Below, piece by piece: positions 4,884 to 5,715 of a stretch of 5,715 bases of DNA; within the stretch, counting starts at the first letter, position 1, and each line of letters begins with the position of its first letter. The notes under the pieces were generated by a model. The model did no database searches and was not told where the DNA came from. It saw only the letters and a list, made by a program, of their open reading frames with translations. Source of the stretch: a virus; IMG/VR virus record IMGVR_UViG_3300029179_000177, positions 1 through 5,715 of that record; one strand, given 5' to 3'. The position numbers and the translations under genes were made by a program.

Positions 4884-4970
4884 TTATTTTTTGTTTTCCA
4901 TTATCAATAGTACTATCCATATTAGGATAGTCCATATTGTTATGTGTGCTAATAGTGCCTCGATGTCCAT
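4884..4970 (-). CDS. 28-aa hydrophobic single-pass membrane peptide mini-ORF, not in the track.
   Basis: Hand translation from ATG 4970..4968, which lies 3 nt after the VP1 stop (minus strand TAA CAA ATG), gives MDIEALLAHITIWTILIWIVLLIMENKK with stop TAA at 4886..4884. The layout is an acidic N-terminus, about 20 uninterrupted hydrophobic residues and a basic KK C-terminus. It occupies most of what would otherwise be a 135-nt gap in a tightly packed genome. Confidence 0.4.
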   Translation of the reverse strand: MDIEALLAHITIWTILIWIVLLIMENKK

Positions 4971-4973
4971 TTG

Positions 4974-5715
4974 TTATAGGTTTGGCATTACTTTAGCTGA
5001 CATTTTACGTCTTACTTCCATTCCTACTCCAATTTGTACCCAGAAGTTTTGCGCGTCTAAGCTCGTTTGCGCGTATATGTTATTATATTTGGCTGGGTCA
5101 ATGTATGTAGTTAGGTCTTTGATTTTTACTAACGGTGTTACTCCGAACTCTGGTTCGTATCTTCTGTTGAGTGTCATAAACATCTCATTATTTTCTATTG
5201 CGAAGTTTCCGTAAGTTCTTGCATAGTTTGTTTGGTAGTGTATCCATCCTGTTTGTTTTCCATATGAGAATTTGTGAAAATTCGTTCCATCCCATATTGT
5301 TGACCACCAAGCCATTTGTTCTGTTGCGCTGTCTTGGAATCCTATTTGGTCGTACCCCGGTTTGTGTAGGTCCTCCATTGTTATGATGGAGTATGTGAAC
5401 CATCTGTTACCTTGGCTATAATCTATTCTTGGTGTTATTGATGCCAGTGCTATTATATATCCCGGTTCATCTACCTTAATTCTTATTCTGCCGCCTTTGT
5501 GTTTGTGTTCGCTTAATTTTCCTTTGCCTGCCAGTGTTCCTAACGGTTGTGTACCATCGTCTGAAGTTGCTTGACTATTGCTAATTACTTCTTGGAATAT
5601 TATTTCCTTTATAAGGCTTCCGTGGTAGGTTGGTATTTCTGTCTTTACGAATCTGTCGTGGTCGTATACTGCGTCCAGCCAGTCATCGTATGATCCTCCA
5701 CTGACCATTATTCTT
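4974..5715 (-). CDS. VP1: Major capsid protein, 3' part. It is the C-terminal 244 aa of the track ORF plus open frame to the window edge. Bases 5603-5715 duplicate 1-113.
   Basis: The track ORF starts MVSGGSYDDWLDAVYDHDRFVKTEIPTYHGSLIKE..., and the same residues are read from 106 downward in copy 1. The frame stays open upstream of 5708 to the window end. The stop TAA is at 4976..4974. Joining the two parts gives 415 + 244 = 659 aa. Confidence 0.95.
   Translation of the reverse strand, partial: RIMVSGGSYDDWLDAVYDHDRFVKTEIPTYHGSLIKEIIFQEVISNSQATSDDGTQPLGTLAGKGKLSEHKHKGGRIRIKVDEPGYIIALASITPRIDYSQGNRWFTYSIITMEDLHKPGYDQIGFQDSATEQMAWWSTIWDGTNFHKFSYGKQTGWIHYQTNYARTYGNFAIENNEMFMTLNRRYEPEFGVTPLVKIKDLTTYIDPAKYNNIYAQTSLDAQNFWVQIGVGMEVRRKMSAKVMPNL
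5603..5715. repeat. Terminal direct repeat, copy 2 (redundant with 1-113).
   Basis: Same 113-nt string as copy 1. It lies inside the capsid reading frame in both copies, so it is circular-assembly redundancy and not a biological repeat. Confidence 0.97.

Noticed and set aside
504-5386. All thirteen plus-strand ORFs in the track (504-821, 892-1095, 987-1268, 2076-2261, 2281-2643, 2799-2981, 2985-3173, 3211-3456, 3737-4186, 3972-4169, 4601-4798, 4795-5214, 5198-5386).
   Set aside because: Most lie antisense to motif-supported genes (VP1, VP4, VP2) or to the other minus-strand ORFs. The exception, 2076-2261, lies in the AT-rich and GC-rich non-coding region. The products are low-complexity Leu/Phe/Cys/Val-rich strings, as expected from reading the T-rich complement of an A-rich coding strand. 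None has a recognisable motif.

Overview
The window holds one complete, circularly permuted genome of a small ssDNA phage of the family Microviridae. It is not phiX-like. Gene sizes and motifs look Alpavirinae/Gokushovirinae-like, which is my recollection and not a search result. Bases 1-113 are identical to 5603-5715, so the unit genome is 5,602 nt and the window is a circular contig with a 113-nt assembly overlap. Every credible gene lies on the minus strand, so the window is the reverse complement of the coding (virion-sense) strand. The plus strand is visibly T-rich.

Gene order along the coding strand:
- Major capsid protein VP1: 659 aa, starts at 1351, runs off the left edge and resumes at 5602..4974.
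- A 28-aa hydrophobic mini-ORF (4970..4884).
- A 118-aa protein (4838..4482).
- A palindrome-rich intergenic region (4481..4380).
- A 67-aa very basic protein (4379..4176).
- DNA pilot protein VP2 (4154..3258).
- Rolling-circle Rep VP4 (3256..2270).
- A GC-rich structured island followed by an AT-rich tract (2262..2070).
- Three ORFans of 53 aa, 61 aa and 151 aa (2069..1344). The last overlaps the VP1 start by 8 nt.

The ORF track misses the N-terminal two thirds of VP1 because it runs off the window edge. It also misses two sub-60-aa ORFs that I found by hand translation. I saw no tRNA, rRNA, CRISPR array, integrase or transposase.

The parts most worth a second look are the two structured non-coding regions (candidate replication origins), the ORFan module between Rep and capsid, the tiny membrane peptide after VP1, and an 18-nt motif shared in frame by VP1 and the 151-aa ORFan.
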